A DNA stretch of 64,000 nucleotides from Trichosphaerium sp. ATCC 40318 (lineage: Eukaryota > Protista > Tubulinea): the NCBI GenBank assembly GCA_038496445.1, contig JALMLS010000174.1, positions 1-64,000 on the forward strand. The letters are read 5' to 3'. Both the position numbers and the translations under genes were made by a program. Shown here in pieces: positions 1 through 11,386 of the stretch (positions are counted from its first letter, which is position 1; each line of letters begins with the position of its first letter). Below the pieces are notes generated by a model that saw only the letters and a list, made by a program, of their open reading frames with translations, was not told the DNA's origin and did no database searches.

Positions 1-455
1 TACATTGCCACCAACTACATTGCCTCCAACAACAGCTCCACCAACGACAATGCCACCAACTACAGCTCCACCAACGACAATGCCTCCTACTACAATGCCT
101 CCAACAACAGCTCCACCAACGACAATGCCACCTACTACATTGCCACCTACTACAGCTCCTCCTACGACATTGCCTCCAACAACATTGCCTCCTACTACAT
201 TGCCTCCTACTACAGCTCCTCCAACGACAATGCCACCAACTACAATGCCTCCAACAACAGCTCCTCCTACGACAATACCGCCAACAACATTGCCGCCTAC
301 GACATTGCCTCCAACTACAATGCCACCTACTACAGCTCCTCCTACGACATTGCCGCCAACAACATTGCCACCTACTACATTGCCTCCTACTACAGCTCCT
401 CCTACGACAATGCCTCCAACAACACTACCACCTACGACATTGCCTCCAACAACAA
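1..455 (+). repeat. 15-bp coding minisatellite encoding PPTT(L/M/A/I)
   Basis: About 29 units like CCN CCN ACN ACA (TTG/ATG/GCT) with synonymous variation. Confidence 0.95.
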
Positions 456-1326
456 CGGCACCAACTACTGTACCTACAGATGCACCTACTGTATCACCAA
501 CAGTACCAAGCACATGTCCAAATGGATCGATAGCTGTGATGATCACATTTGATGATCTGAATCGCGTCGCTGGAGACATTGTTACAGATCAGTACTCTCC
601 AAACTTTCTGACATTTGTATCAACCGGCTCAGACCAACTGATAGTCGAGGATTCAAGCAATCCACAACTCAGCCCTAACTTTGCAACACCTGGCTTCGGA
701 CCAAACAACGGGTACGTATTCGTAGTGTTTATTCTTTTTTGCCTATATTCTGACTGCCCTGTAGTGTTGGCCTCAACAATGTTCTCACTTTGACCAACGC
801 TGGTTCAGCCAGTACAGGATCATACCAACTCAGATTTTCAGAACCAGTGCTATTCCAAGCCATCTCTGTTATTGATATTGATCTTGAACAAACGTGGACA
901 ATTTCCTTCTTTGACAGCGACGATACCATTATTGCGACCATCCCTGCTCTAGAATTTGGTGAAAACAGCTTCCAGCGTATTGAACTTTTCAACGCTGTTA
1001 ATGTGTCCTATGCCATAATAGAGACTGACGGACTGCACGCCATTGACAACATTCGTTACTGCACTGGCGTTCCGAACATAATACCTAACCCACCTAGTCC
1101 TGGTGGCGGTATCCCACCAGCTGTTTTCATTGGAGCTGGTATTGCTGCAGCAGTCCTAGTTGTATTGACAGTTGTTGCTGTCTTCTTCCTTGTCCCTGCG
1201 TCACCAGCGCCAATTGCTGGATTTAGTAATCCTGCTGGTGTACTAGCCGGTGCCAACACAAATGCAGTCTACGCCCCAGCAGGTAATTCCGGAAATCCTG
1301 CAACATATGTTCCTCCTGGAGTATAA
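1..1326 (+). CDS. Mucin-like (PPTTx repeat) single-pass type I membrane protein, 5' end outside window
   Basis: Tandem PPTT(L/M/A/I) repeats, then a globular domain. GT-AG intron 712-764 joins ORFs 5..793 and 790..1326 (NNG/VGLNNVLTLTNAG). TM segment AVFIGAGIAAAVLVVLTVVAVFFLV, then a short tail with NAVY and NPATY. Confidence 0.8.
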
Positions 1327-2371
1327 ATAACATGCTGCCCTTTCGAAAAAAAAAAAAATGTACTATAAAGAATGTGACATGCTAATAAATAAACACAGTT
1401 TCTTTTGGTCATGTGCTACTTTTAGATGTTAGATACCTTACCACTGAGCAGTATTTAATTGTCCGCAAACATCACAAGCTTGCGAAAGAAAATAGGACAA
1501 AGGAGTTTGTTCGTTGTTCACTCTGAGTATTATGTAATAACTGAATACTACAAAACCACTTGGCTTTCAATTCTCACAAACCTTGAGTATGATTTGTAAT
1601 GATACAAACAAACTGTAGCTCCAGAAAATAACTACCACGGACCTTTTTAACAATTGAAAACTCCTGTACAATAATTGTACTCGAACCGGCTTTAGTTGAA
1701 CGTCTTAAAATGTTGCATACTAACCGCCATCAATACAACTAATAAAATTTCAGTTGTGCACCTCTACAACACCACAAAAATATACAGAACTTCCATAGTG
1801 CGCGCTAACCTATATTGTACCCTTGGACGATGCTGAGTGAGGCTACAAAGCTATAATTTACTGAGTTCTCTCTTTGTTTACTTAAAAAACAAGGCTTTTG
1901 CCTCCGTTCGTATTAGCACTACACCGGCTGACATGCGATATGTAGTGTGGGTGCTCTTAATGTGGAAAATTAAGTTACTGTTTCGATAGCGCGACATACA
2001 CAAAAGATCATTAAGCGACAGACAAACAGGCACTACAACAATCACGTGACGGCGCTGTAAAAGTTTGGTATGTTTAAAAACGATATCTATCGCGAATTGG
2101 CATCGACAGGAACCAAAAAGCCGAAACGACAACTAGAAAACCCGTACGTAGGTCACCCTGCCATCGAAAAAAATTTTAATCAAAAACTGCGTTTTTAATT
2201 GAGCATAAACTGAAAAAAACAATGGCTAGTAGTTTTCAGCTAACGATACGGATTCTGTGCGCTGAACGCAATAAATAGCAAATAATAAAGGGATTCGTAT
2301 CTTTTTTTAAATTGTTTGTTTTTTCTTCACTTTGTTTTTTGGTCTTCTTTCTTTCTAATTTCGTTCTACAG

Positions 2372-3035
2372 ACTCGTATGTCTCCCTGCGGATATCCAAC
2401 TTGCGATCATACATACCGATTTTGAAATAAATAAAAAATGGGCTCTTCTTTGTTATGGCACAGCGACGAGCACAAGGTTTAACGCTAAATTGGATAAATA
2501 TGGCACATGGGAGGCACGTGATAAACGTGGAAGACTAAGACGCCGTGTGCACTTTAATTCGGTTGGATTGAAAGAAGGAACATACAAAAGTTGGCACAGA
2601 AAGGGAACGCTTAAAGTGTGGGCTAGGTATCACCTAGGACAAAAACGGGGGAAATATGAAAGTTTTTACAGCAATACAAATCGAGAAATACTATCTCACT
2701 ACAAGTACAACGTCAAACATGGTCCTTACAAGACATTCTTTCGGAATGGTGATCCCATGGTAGAGTGTAATTACTATAAGGGCAGGTTTCATGGCCAATA
2801 TAGGCAATGGAATAAGGAAGGACACTTGATTGGCTATATTGAATTCAAAAGAGGTAAAAGACACGGTTTGTATAAAAGATGGGAAAATGGAATTTTAACA
2901 GCACATGCCTTATATGAACGTGGCGTCCTTGTTCGTGATAGAGCTATGAAGAAAAGTGCTGGTCAATCAATGGCTAATATTAGTCCGAGGGAATTTAGGA
3001 GGTATGGTTACAGGACATCACTACGACACACGTAG
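2372..3035 (+). CDS. F-box-like N-terminus plus MORN-variant (YwqK-like) repeat protein; first exon(s) unresolved, possible ATG at 2222
   Basis: LVCLPADIQLAII, followed by 24-aa repeats such as KEGTYKSWHRKGTLK, KHGPYKTFFRNGDP and FHGQYRQWNKEGHL. Splice acceptor TTCTACAG ends at 2371. Confidence 0.75.
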
Positions 3036-3305
3036 TCATTAGGCGTTTTTTATGGCTGTACAAATGTAAATAAAAAAAGTGTGAATTTCGAGACTAGGAA
3101 CTGGCACTCCGCTGAGCTACACCATCAAATGCACAGATCGAAAGGCCCTTATAATTTGGTCATTCTGATTAATTACTGCCTAGTTAATGAAGTATTTGTG
3201 CACCGTTATGGCGCCCTATTTGCAGTCTGTGCTTAAACATTGTTGAACAGTGTGGACTCTAAAACATCTTCTCATTCATTTTATTGGAGGCAAGGAGTTT
3301 CAGTA

Positions 3306-5244
3306 ATGGCGGCACTCAGTGACCTCGAGCCAATGCGGATACGCGACCTTGTCGACTACATAACAAGCGTTGAAGCTACACGTACGTTTTGGTTTTTTCA
3401 GTTCAGGTTCTTTCATCGCATCCACACCAAACGGTTTTATCAATCCCTGCGAGCTTTGGTTTTTAAACAAACTACATTTCTGCAAATGGTGTTTTTCTCC
3501 CTGACGTCCCCCTTTTCATTACCCAGCTATCCACCGTGTAACTCTCTATGCGTAGCCGAGTGTAGGCAAGCTGTTGTTCTAACTATGGATTATTACACAA
3601 CCAAACATAGGCTCCTGTCCAAGGTGTTCGACGGGTATGCGCACGTGTTTATTTCATGGGCTTCCAAACTTATTTTTGTTTGCGAGACATTTTGTAATTG
3701 GTTAAATAGATTCCTTAATACCGGAGACGCAAAGAAACGTGATTTACTCCTAGAATTTTTATTCGCATGGTGGCATACACGCCGACGTGAACTTAAAAAC
3801 GACACCAAATTTACAGACCGTATTAAAGCTTTTGCAGCAGAACTGCTGGAACGTGAAGACGTGCAAGAATATGGCATGAGAGTAACCAGACAGGTACGAT
3901 ACACCCGCAGCATCGTATTCGTTTTGAGCGATTATTCCATTTGTGTGGAAAATCAATAAAACATCACGTGATTTTCACGTGATCATAAAAAATAATCTAA
4001 CATGTTTTAGATGATCACTGCTCCTTTGAAAAGGTTTGGTAGTAAAAACACAAGGCTTCAGAGGCGAGTTGTCGCCGTCAAAGTGACCGATTCTTTGCGA
4101 AGTATTCAACAAAAAAAAAGCTAAATTGGTTTGGATTATTGAAGTTTACAAATATTTTAGTTTCACGCTTCACGTGGCGAAATTTGAACGCAGAAAGACT
4201 TGCAATGTACCTCACAATGGTTGATCAGGAACTCACAAATGATATAAGAAACGCAGACTTGCTACAAGGGTATAAAATTGTCTAACAATTGAATTGTACT
4301 TGCTTATAACGTTAGACGCTGGAACCTAAAAAAAGGTCACAATGTAAAAGCATCGGCAGTGCGTGTTCACAGGCTAATAGACTGGTCCAACATGGTGCAA
4401 TATTCATTTACTAGCAGTAATATTTATTGTGTGTTTTAGATAGGAGATTGGGTGGCTACAGTTATTTGTATGGCTCCAAAAACAAAACAAAGAGCTTTTG
4501 CAATCTCGTACTTTGTTCGGGTTTTAAAAGTACGTAGCATACGATATACAATATAAATAATCCCTTACGGTCGATTAGCACTTGCGACACTTCAATAGCT
4601 TTAATTGTTTGTTTGTGGTGTGGTCTGCATTATCTAGCTTAGCCGTACAATTCCTAAGAAGGTGTGTTCCTATTTTTCAATCGCTTTTACTGATATCTCT
4701 CAGAGAATGGAAAGAGCTCTCTTCAGAACTACGTGATGTCTGGGACGCCGTGAATGTGGTACTGAGCATGTCCGGTAACTTTCAAAACTACAGAGATACT
4801 ATTGATGCAGCGCAACCTCCTGCCATACCATACTAGGTACACATTCACTTGGCATAAATCCATCATTTCTAACAATTTACTTTAGGATTGCTACTACAAG
4901 ATATCATACACGCGGAAACCGATGAAACATTTGTAACGCAGCCATCAGAATGTAGGCGATCAAAGTACCGCAAACGTATTAATTTGAGCAAAATGAGCAC
5001 TATTGCCACAACGTTGAGTACAAGGGAAAAGAGTCTGGATGACTACCGATGGCTTACAGACCTATCACCAATTACTGGATCGTACTTTCTTCACTTGAAC
5101 AATCACGAGGAGGTACTTGGTACTGAGGCTCTAAAACAAAGAGTAAAATCATTACCAAAGGAGTCAGTATCTAAAAGACAAGCACACAGAATAAGACGCA
5201 CGTGGAGTTTATCACGTGTCAAAAAGCATAAAGTGTACACGTGA
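3306..5244 (+). CDS. Ras guanine nucleotide exchange factor (REM + CDC25 domain); apparent 1-nt lesion at ~4834
   Basis: Spliced translation gives AERLAMYLTMVDQEL, IGDWVATVIC, HLRHFNSFNCLFVVWSALSSLAV, NFQNYRDTI..QPPAIPY and GLLLQDI, typical CDC25 motifs. Confidence 0.8.
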
Positions 5245-6165
5245 ATTCACCAATGTAATAAATTAATATGTAAAATAACAATACGAGCAACGAAGCAACT
5301 TGATTATGAGAACATGCTCTATGAATCTGCAATTACGGTTTGGTAACCCACAACAATGTGTACACCAACAAGAAGGATGGAAAAGGATCGATACTGGTAA
5401 TCTGTAAGTTATCGGGTTTTAGTGCTACTTTTTGCAAGATTTTTTATCTGTGGCGTTAATAACGTCGTAGAGGATGTCCACCAAAGCTATAATGAAGTTT
5501 TGCGTACAACCAAACCAAGAATTCTACACGAGTGCCGAAAATCTAAATTATGTCGCTATTCCATCTATTACGCCTCCCAGCACTCTAGATAATCTCTCGA
5601 GAGTTTCTCAGCGAATTTCAAGCCCAAGAGTATAAACCGCGATATGGAGCCCAAAACTAAGTACCTCATTGTCGTGACGTATGGCAGTCTTTCTTTATAT
5701 GTGTTGTCGTCACTTTCGGAATTATTTAAGCGCATGTATTCCCGTTTAGTTCGGTCTTTTCCTTTTTAACCGCCCCCGTTGCATCAAGCAGACAGCAAAT
5801 ATAAAAAAGAAACAAAGAATTCGCGCGTTAGCTTATTGTATGACAACCGAATGATACCACTACATAAACTGCGTAAAGCTAAAACTGAATTCGATTTCGT
5901 TGCAGCCAAGTGTGTAAGCATGCGTTTTTAAAGAGTATTTTGCATTCTTCTCTCGTTTAATATACCCAATAAGTAACACAAATTAATTGAAAAATTTATA
6001 GGTGATTTGTTGCGCACGGATACCCCTTTCAGAGGTCAACTCTCACATTTGTAGCGCGTCGGTAATTATTTATTTTTATTTTTTGAAAAACAAACGCATT
6101 GGCTGCTCAAAAGCACATCAACGCCTTTCAATTATTCGCCGTAACTCAGGTAGATTGCGCGCAAG

Positions 6166-6477
6166 ATGAAGAGAAGAGCCAGATCTGTTGGGAGCGCCTT
6201 CAACTTTACAGGCGTCGATTTTAAGCACGCGACGGTAGTACACCGTCGTGTACGCTCAAAATCACTCAATGTAAAGGAGAATGATAAAAAGAAAGCTGTG
6301 AGAAGGACGCGAAGCTTTAATGAGTTGACACCTAAAGAACCTCAAAAACCAAGGAAACAGCGTAAAACAGGCATACGCTCGTGGAAGTTTGACAATAAAC
6401 TTTACGTTTCTACGCCACAAAAGAAGCGTAGTAAGAGTACGTTATTTTTTTCCATGACTCGGGCATTGCCAGTGTGA
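6166..6477 (+). CDS. Hypothetical small basic protein
   Basis: 103-aa ATG ORF, Lys/Arg rich, with RxxS motifs. No recognisable domain. Confidence 0.35.
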   Translation: MKRRARSVGSAFNFTGVDFKHATVVHRRVRSKSLNVKENDKKKAVRRTRSFNELTPKEPQKPRKQRKTGIRSWKFDNKLYVSTPQKKRSKSTLFFSMTRALPV

Positions 6478-6903
6478 ACGAGTCGCCGTCAATTTTTGAA
6501 AACGAAAAAAATTACTTTTGCTTTTTTTTCTTCTTTTTCTTATTCTTGTCTCTCACAAACAATCGCGAGCCAATATAACTATAAAATTTAATATTTACAC
6601 CGTATCCACAATAGCTATGCTTGTTTTCGGTACATTCCAAACAGAAAATGCTATTTTGGCAAAAAACCTTTTGCGAACCGCTACCACTTGCCATTAAAAT
6701 ACACTCAATTATTTTTTGATTGTTTTCAAAAGGAGCACAAAAAGTACTTCTTTTTTTACCATCAGCCATAAATTTTTTTCATTTTTAGCGCTTTTGTTCG
6801 GAAAAAAAAATTGCCAGAAATAACTCAAAAAAAATTGCAAGTCAATAGCCTTCCTTGTGCAATTTCCTGCGCGCTAGCACGTAATTAACCCATATCCTTG
6901 TAG

Positions 6904-8911
6904 AGAAGAAAGGACATCGCGGTCAATCTCGTCAGAGTCGTAAGAAGAACGGCCGTTCACCAAAACCAGCAAGACGCGCTACTAAAAAGCCGGAACGTGT
7001 TGTCATCGTCAAGGAGAAGAGAGAGGAGCGATTTCTTTTCTCACACAACTTCGTTGATTACTATTTGGTCACACATCGCCCAAATTGGCCAAAACATCAA
7101 CCACAACAACCTGCAGTAGCGTCCAAGCCCACCAAGGCGACAGCTGCACCAACAACGTCAGAGAAGACTAAAAAAGTTGGTGGACCACCAAAACCCTTAA
7201 AACTACAACAAACAGCGTCAACTACGCCGCCAACCAAAGTAAAACAACATCTTTCAAGCAGCGCTCCAATGGCACCCGAAAATTCGCCGCAACTCGAAGC
7301 AAAAGTAGAGACAAAACCATCTCTACCCTCCCCTCCAATGGCACGCCGTCGTAGGTCCCGCAGAACGAATGTGCCTAGCAAAGGTGGACGTGGTAAGGGT
7401 AAGAAATACATGAGCCGTGCGTTTAAGTATCCCTGTCCCTATTATGTATCACCCTCCCCCTATGTATATATTATAGAGACGCGGTTACAAAGCGCTACTA
7501 ATGATTTCAAAATAACGACGTCGGTGCAATCTCTCTCAGTTGGTTTGTGTCTTTTTTTTTATTATTCTTGAAAGACATGACATGACACACCCAACCTGAT
7601 TGCACCGACGTTGTCAAAATTGAAATTTCGAAATTATCCTTTTTTGCCTTAATACCCTAATTTGCAGGTCGCAGGCGCCTGGTTTTTTGTTGTTTTTTTC
7701 TATTTTTTTCTGACCTTATTACAAAGTGCCTCTATCACGATCTCTGGGTTCGTCTTTACCACATACACCACCTGTGTTTAGAAAGACAGAAGATGAGGAA
7801 GGAAATCAAAAACAACCTAAGCGACGTGCTCCTAGACCTATTAAAACACTAGGCGCTCCAGTATTGCCTTATTGGTTGGTCAAAGGTAATAAAAACAAGC
7901 AACAACTTCATTTTAGGCTACAAAGCCTTGTACTGTTTTTTTTGACTACGCGCATAGCCTCGCACTATTTTGCGATTAATACAGCCCCAAAACAAATTTA
8001 ATGCTAACTTATTTCCCAGGCACACCGCCACCAAAACCTGGCGATACTATCCCTCAATTGGTGCTTGAGAGTTCAACTGCAGAGGAAAAGGAGAAGATGG
8101 GTAAAGGCACTCGTGTTCGACGACGAAGCAGAGGATTTCGAATGGCTAAAACGCCTTGGAGAAAACCAGAGATTAAATCGATTGATCCTGCAACCCTTAG
8201 CACTCCTGCTCCAGATTTTAACACAATTCTTGCCAAAGAACGTGAAGCCATCACTGTCAAGGTCACCGTACCGGATCAAATTGATGAGGATTATGTAGAA
8301 GGCATACATATATTGCTCGAGACATATCACCACAAGAATGCCTTGCACCTCCTGCGGTATGTCAAATCATTCAGTATTTTTTAAGTGCTTTTTTCAAAAA
8401 CTCAAGAGGTTGGACTTACTTTGGATTTAGGACGACTGAAGAGGGTCGTAAGACAATGGCTATATCCATATTGATACGCGATAAATTACGTCAAAAGGAA
8501 AAGCGCCGTGAGCACGTGACACAGCACGAGTTTCAGCTGCTATCATTTGTTGATGCGTTCTTGTTTCAACAACTATTTTATCAAAGCGCAAAGGGTAAAG
8601 ATCAAGCTGAGGATGAAAAATTAGACAAGAAACCTACTGACAACAAAACCGCAAAAACATCTACACCACCAAAACCTGCGCCTGCTGCCAGTGAGACGAC
8701 AGAGGTTCAAGATACCGAGCCAACTGACCAACAAGCCAAACCAGTAGATCAATCTGCTGAACAGGAGAACACCGACACCACACCATCACCTTCACAACCA
8801 AAGGCGTTAGTGGACGAGCCATCCGCAGATGAGGAAGAGATCTCTGATCCAAAGAAAGAAATCAAAGAAGAGGAGGAAGAGGAACCACGTCAGGTTGACG
8901 ACGATGAGTGA
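6904..8911 (+). CDS. Hypothetical multi-exon protein (basic Pro-rich N-half, acidic C-terminus); start unresolved
   Basis: Open frame from the acceptor at 6903 through ORF 7065.., with further exons in ORFs 7726.., 8001.. and 8456..8911 flanked by GT/AG sites. Confidence 0.6.
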
Positions 8912-9229
8912 ACGTCATGACTTGATAGCTTCATTCTCAATCATCTCGTGGCTTTGCACACCTGGCGAACGGGTTACATTTTTTGCTTCTCGCGAGTCCA
9001 ATTTTTCGTTATTAGACTGTACTTTTAGCTTGTAAATAAGAATTAGATAAGTATTAAAAAAACACCATGCACATTTATGTATGTCTGCCTACTCTAAAAA
9101 TATTGCTTTTGTTTTGTAATGCAAACAGAATTAGTTTGGGGGTTTGTTTTATTTTTTGACTGTACAGTTTGTGTGAGTTGATGCAACAACCACACGCAAA
9201 ATTTGAGGAAAAGTTCGGTGTGTGAGTAT

Positions 9230-11286
9230 CTATTCTTTGTATTGCCTGGAGCGAACAATCTTCGTATCACTAATACCGCCTTCGCCGGTGTATGCCTTTG
9301 TTTTGTCTCGCATCTTGGCTTGACCAGAACGATTCTTCTTTTTCTCGAACCGTTTCTTGGCCTTAACGCGAGGATTGGATCGAGTCCTCTTGACTGTACC
9401 ACGTGCACTTCTGATTTCTTCTGTGATGCCACGCTTGGCGCCTTTATCGACTGTATCATTGTAATAGTCAAAAGACGTTCTCTGCCTCTTGCTTGGTTGT
9501 TCTCTAAGGAATCCTAGATCGTCGTCATCTATAGGCATGGAGTCATCACCCAATCCCAGATCCTCATCGTTGCCCATAGCATCGACCGGTGTACTTGGCC
9601 TGAGCTTAGTGTTAGCGAGGGTGCGGGCGCAAGTGTGGAAAGTATTTTATGGTACACGCACGTTGGTTGTTTCCTCTTGACGCCTTTGGATGGGACCTTA
9701 TCTGGTTCTGCGTCGAAGAAAGCTTTAAGTGAAGCATCTTCTTGTTGGCCTCTGATTTGTGTGAATTCGGGTATGGTAGGGGCGGTGTCTTTGCCCTGTT
9801 CCCATTTCGCAATGTCGCCAAAGGACTCGATACCAGCCAAAGGATTGAACTGTCCAGGCTTCACCCTTGATTTCTTGATGCCCTTCGCACGCTTGTAGTT
9901 GTCCTCTTCCCATTCACGTTGTTTTCTAAGAAGTTTGGCATGCGCTTTCGATTTTGCAATGTCATCGAGGCCAGTTGTTGTCCCTTCTTCTGGTGCTTCA
10001 CCAAACTCTTGCATGAGAAAGTCAGCCATGCCTGTTCTCTGTGCTTGTCTTCGCTTCTTGTCTTGTGCTTTCTCTCCTAAATAACCAGGGTAGTCAGTTA
10101 TCAGTCACAATTTTTTTTTGAAGGCCAGTGAGAGGCAAGTCACAAAAATGTATGTCGACACGTACGCTTCTTTGTGATGTGCTCTGGTAAATTTTGTACT
10201 GCTTTGTACTTGGCGTCTTGGTCTTGTTCCTCGTCATCAGAATCGTCCATATCCAGACCTGGTCTGTGAGCCAAATCGTCATTGGCAATGGCGCCAGTGG
10301 CAGCCATACGGAGTAGTTTGTCAATTTGATATTTAAGTTTTGTGTCAAGGGATGACAACCGTTGAAGGAACGTCCTGTGAAGGACAAGCTGTTCAATAAC
10401 AGGATGATCTTTAATTGACCTTCCTGACGTTTTCAACAATAAATAAAATGCTACATCTATGCAGTAAGCGAGCAACAAATCTATATTTTTAGGTCAAGGA
10501 AATAAGTGATAAAAATCAACAAAAATGTCATCAAAGAATATGTCGGTGGTAGGATACGCAATTTAACCTCGAGGTAGCTGAGACCCTTGTTCGTTGGTAA
10601 AGCTGCTTTCCTCAATCTCTCCAAGAGTGGTAGTACGCGCTCTTTGACCTGCTTGAGCTGCAACTTGAAAGAGTCGCAGAGTTTGACGACCTCCTCGCTG
10701 TCATCTACCACAATTTTTGTAACCTTTGTGGATCGTTTTGTCGTGACGGCGCCCAGGTCGTGTTTTCTAAAGCCTGATGATCCTTGTTGAGCGCCTTGGA
10801 ACATGTCCATGGCGTCGTCGTCTGACAGCTCTTCTAATTGTGATTCTTTGGCATCTCTTGCTTGTACTTCTTCCAAGAGCTCGTTTCCTACGTGTTTGGT
10901 TAAACATGGTCCAATTTTGGCGCAAACAAACAGTAATTCGCTGCCGCTGTTCAATTAGGCTTCGTTTGCGCCTTGTTGGGCGTAGGGCGTGGCTTTTACA
11001 GATTAATTGTTGGTTAAAAATTTTACCTTTTTTCTCAGGATCTCTGGTGTTTACTAAATCCTTCTGTTGGATATATTCATTACCACGATAATCTTCTGCG
11101 TCTTCTCCGAAGCGACTTCTTTCGCCTTGCACTTGTTTGTATACATCACGCTGTAAATACAATAAATACGCCAAATAGAGCAGTAATAGACAGTACCGAG
11201 TCACGAACGCCCTTTTTCACGTATTTTGTTCTATTTCGCAAATCTTCTCTCAACGCCTCAACGTCAGCGTGTGTCCTGGTTGACAT
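9230..11286 (-). CDS. NGDN: SSU processome Lcp5/neuroguidin-like protein with additional C-terminal Sas10 domain
   Basis: NGDN-like motifs PTNKGLSYLEVK, HPVIEQLV..RTFLQRL..LDTKLKYQIDKLL, EFGEAPEE and EEDNYKR. Sas10 C-terminal-like KRGITEEI..RG..RSNPRVKAKKRF..YTGEGGI. Confidence 0.8.
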
Positions 11287-11386
11287 TTTGCTGTACTGAG
11301 TAGAAATCAAAAATGTAAATGGAATTTGCTTGACTTGAGTTGTTGGCTATTCAGTTCCTATATTTTGACGCTGCAACGTTAACGCC

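Noticed and set aside
1400-2150. Possible small minus-strand spliced gene
   Set aside because: Splice-like signals are present, but I could not build a phase-consistent model or recognise a domain.
3960-3985. Paired TCACGTGA palindromes as a regulatory element
   Set aside because: Intronic, and CACGTG is common across the window; no positional support.
4834-4836. TAG reassignment / alternative genetic code
   Set aside because: Read-through would not fix the phase mismatch, and TAA, TAG and TGA all appear as terminators in other gene models.
5280-6100. Possible gene between RasGEF and ORF 6166
   Set aside because: No convincing ORF or exon chain.
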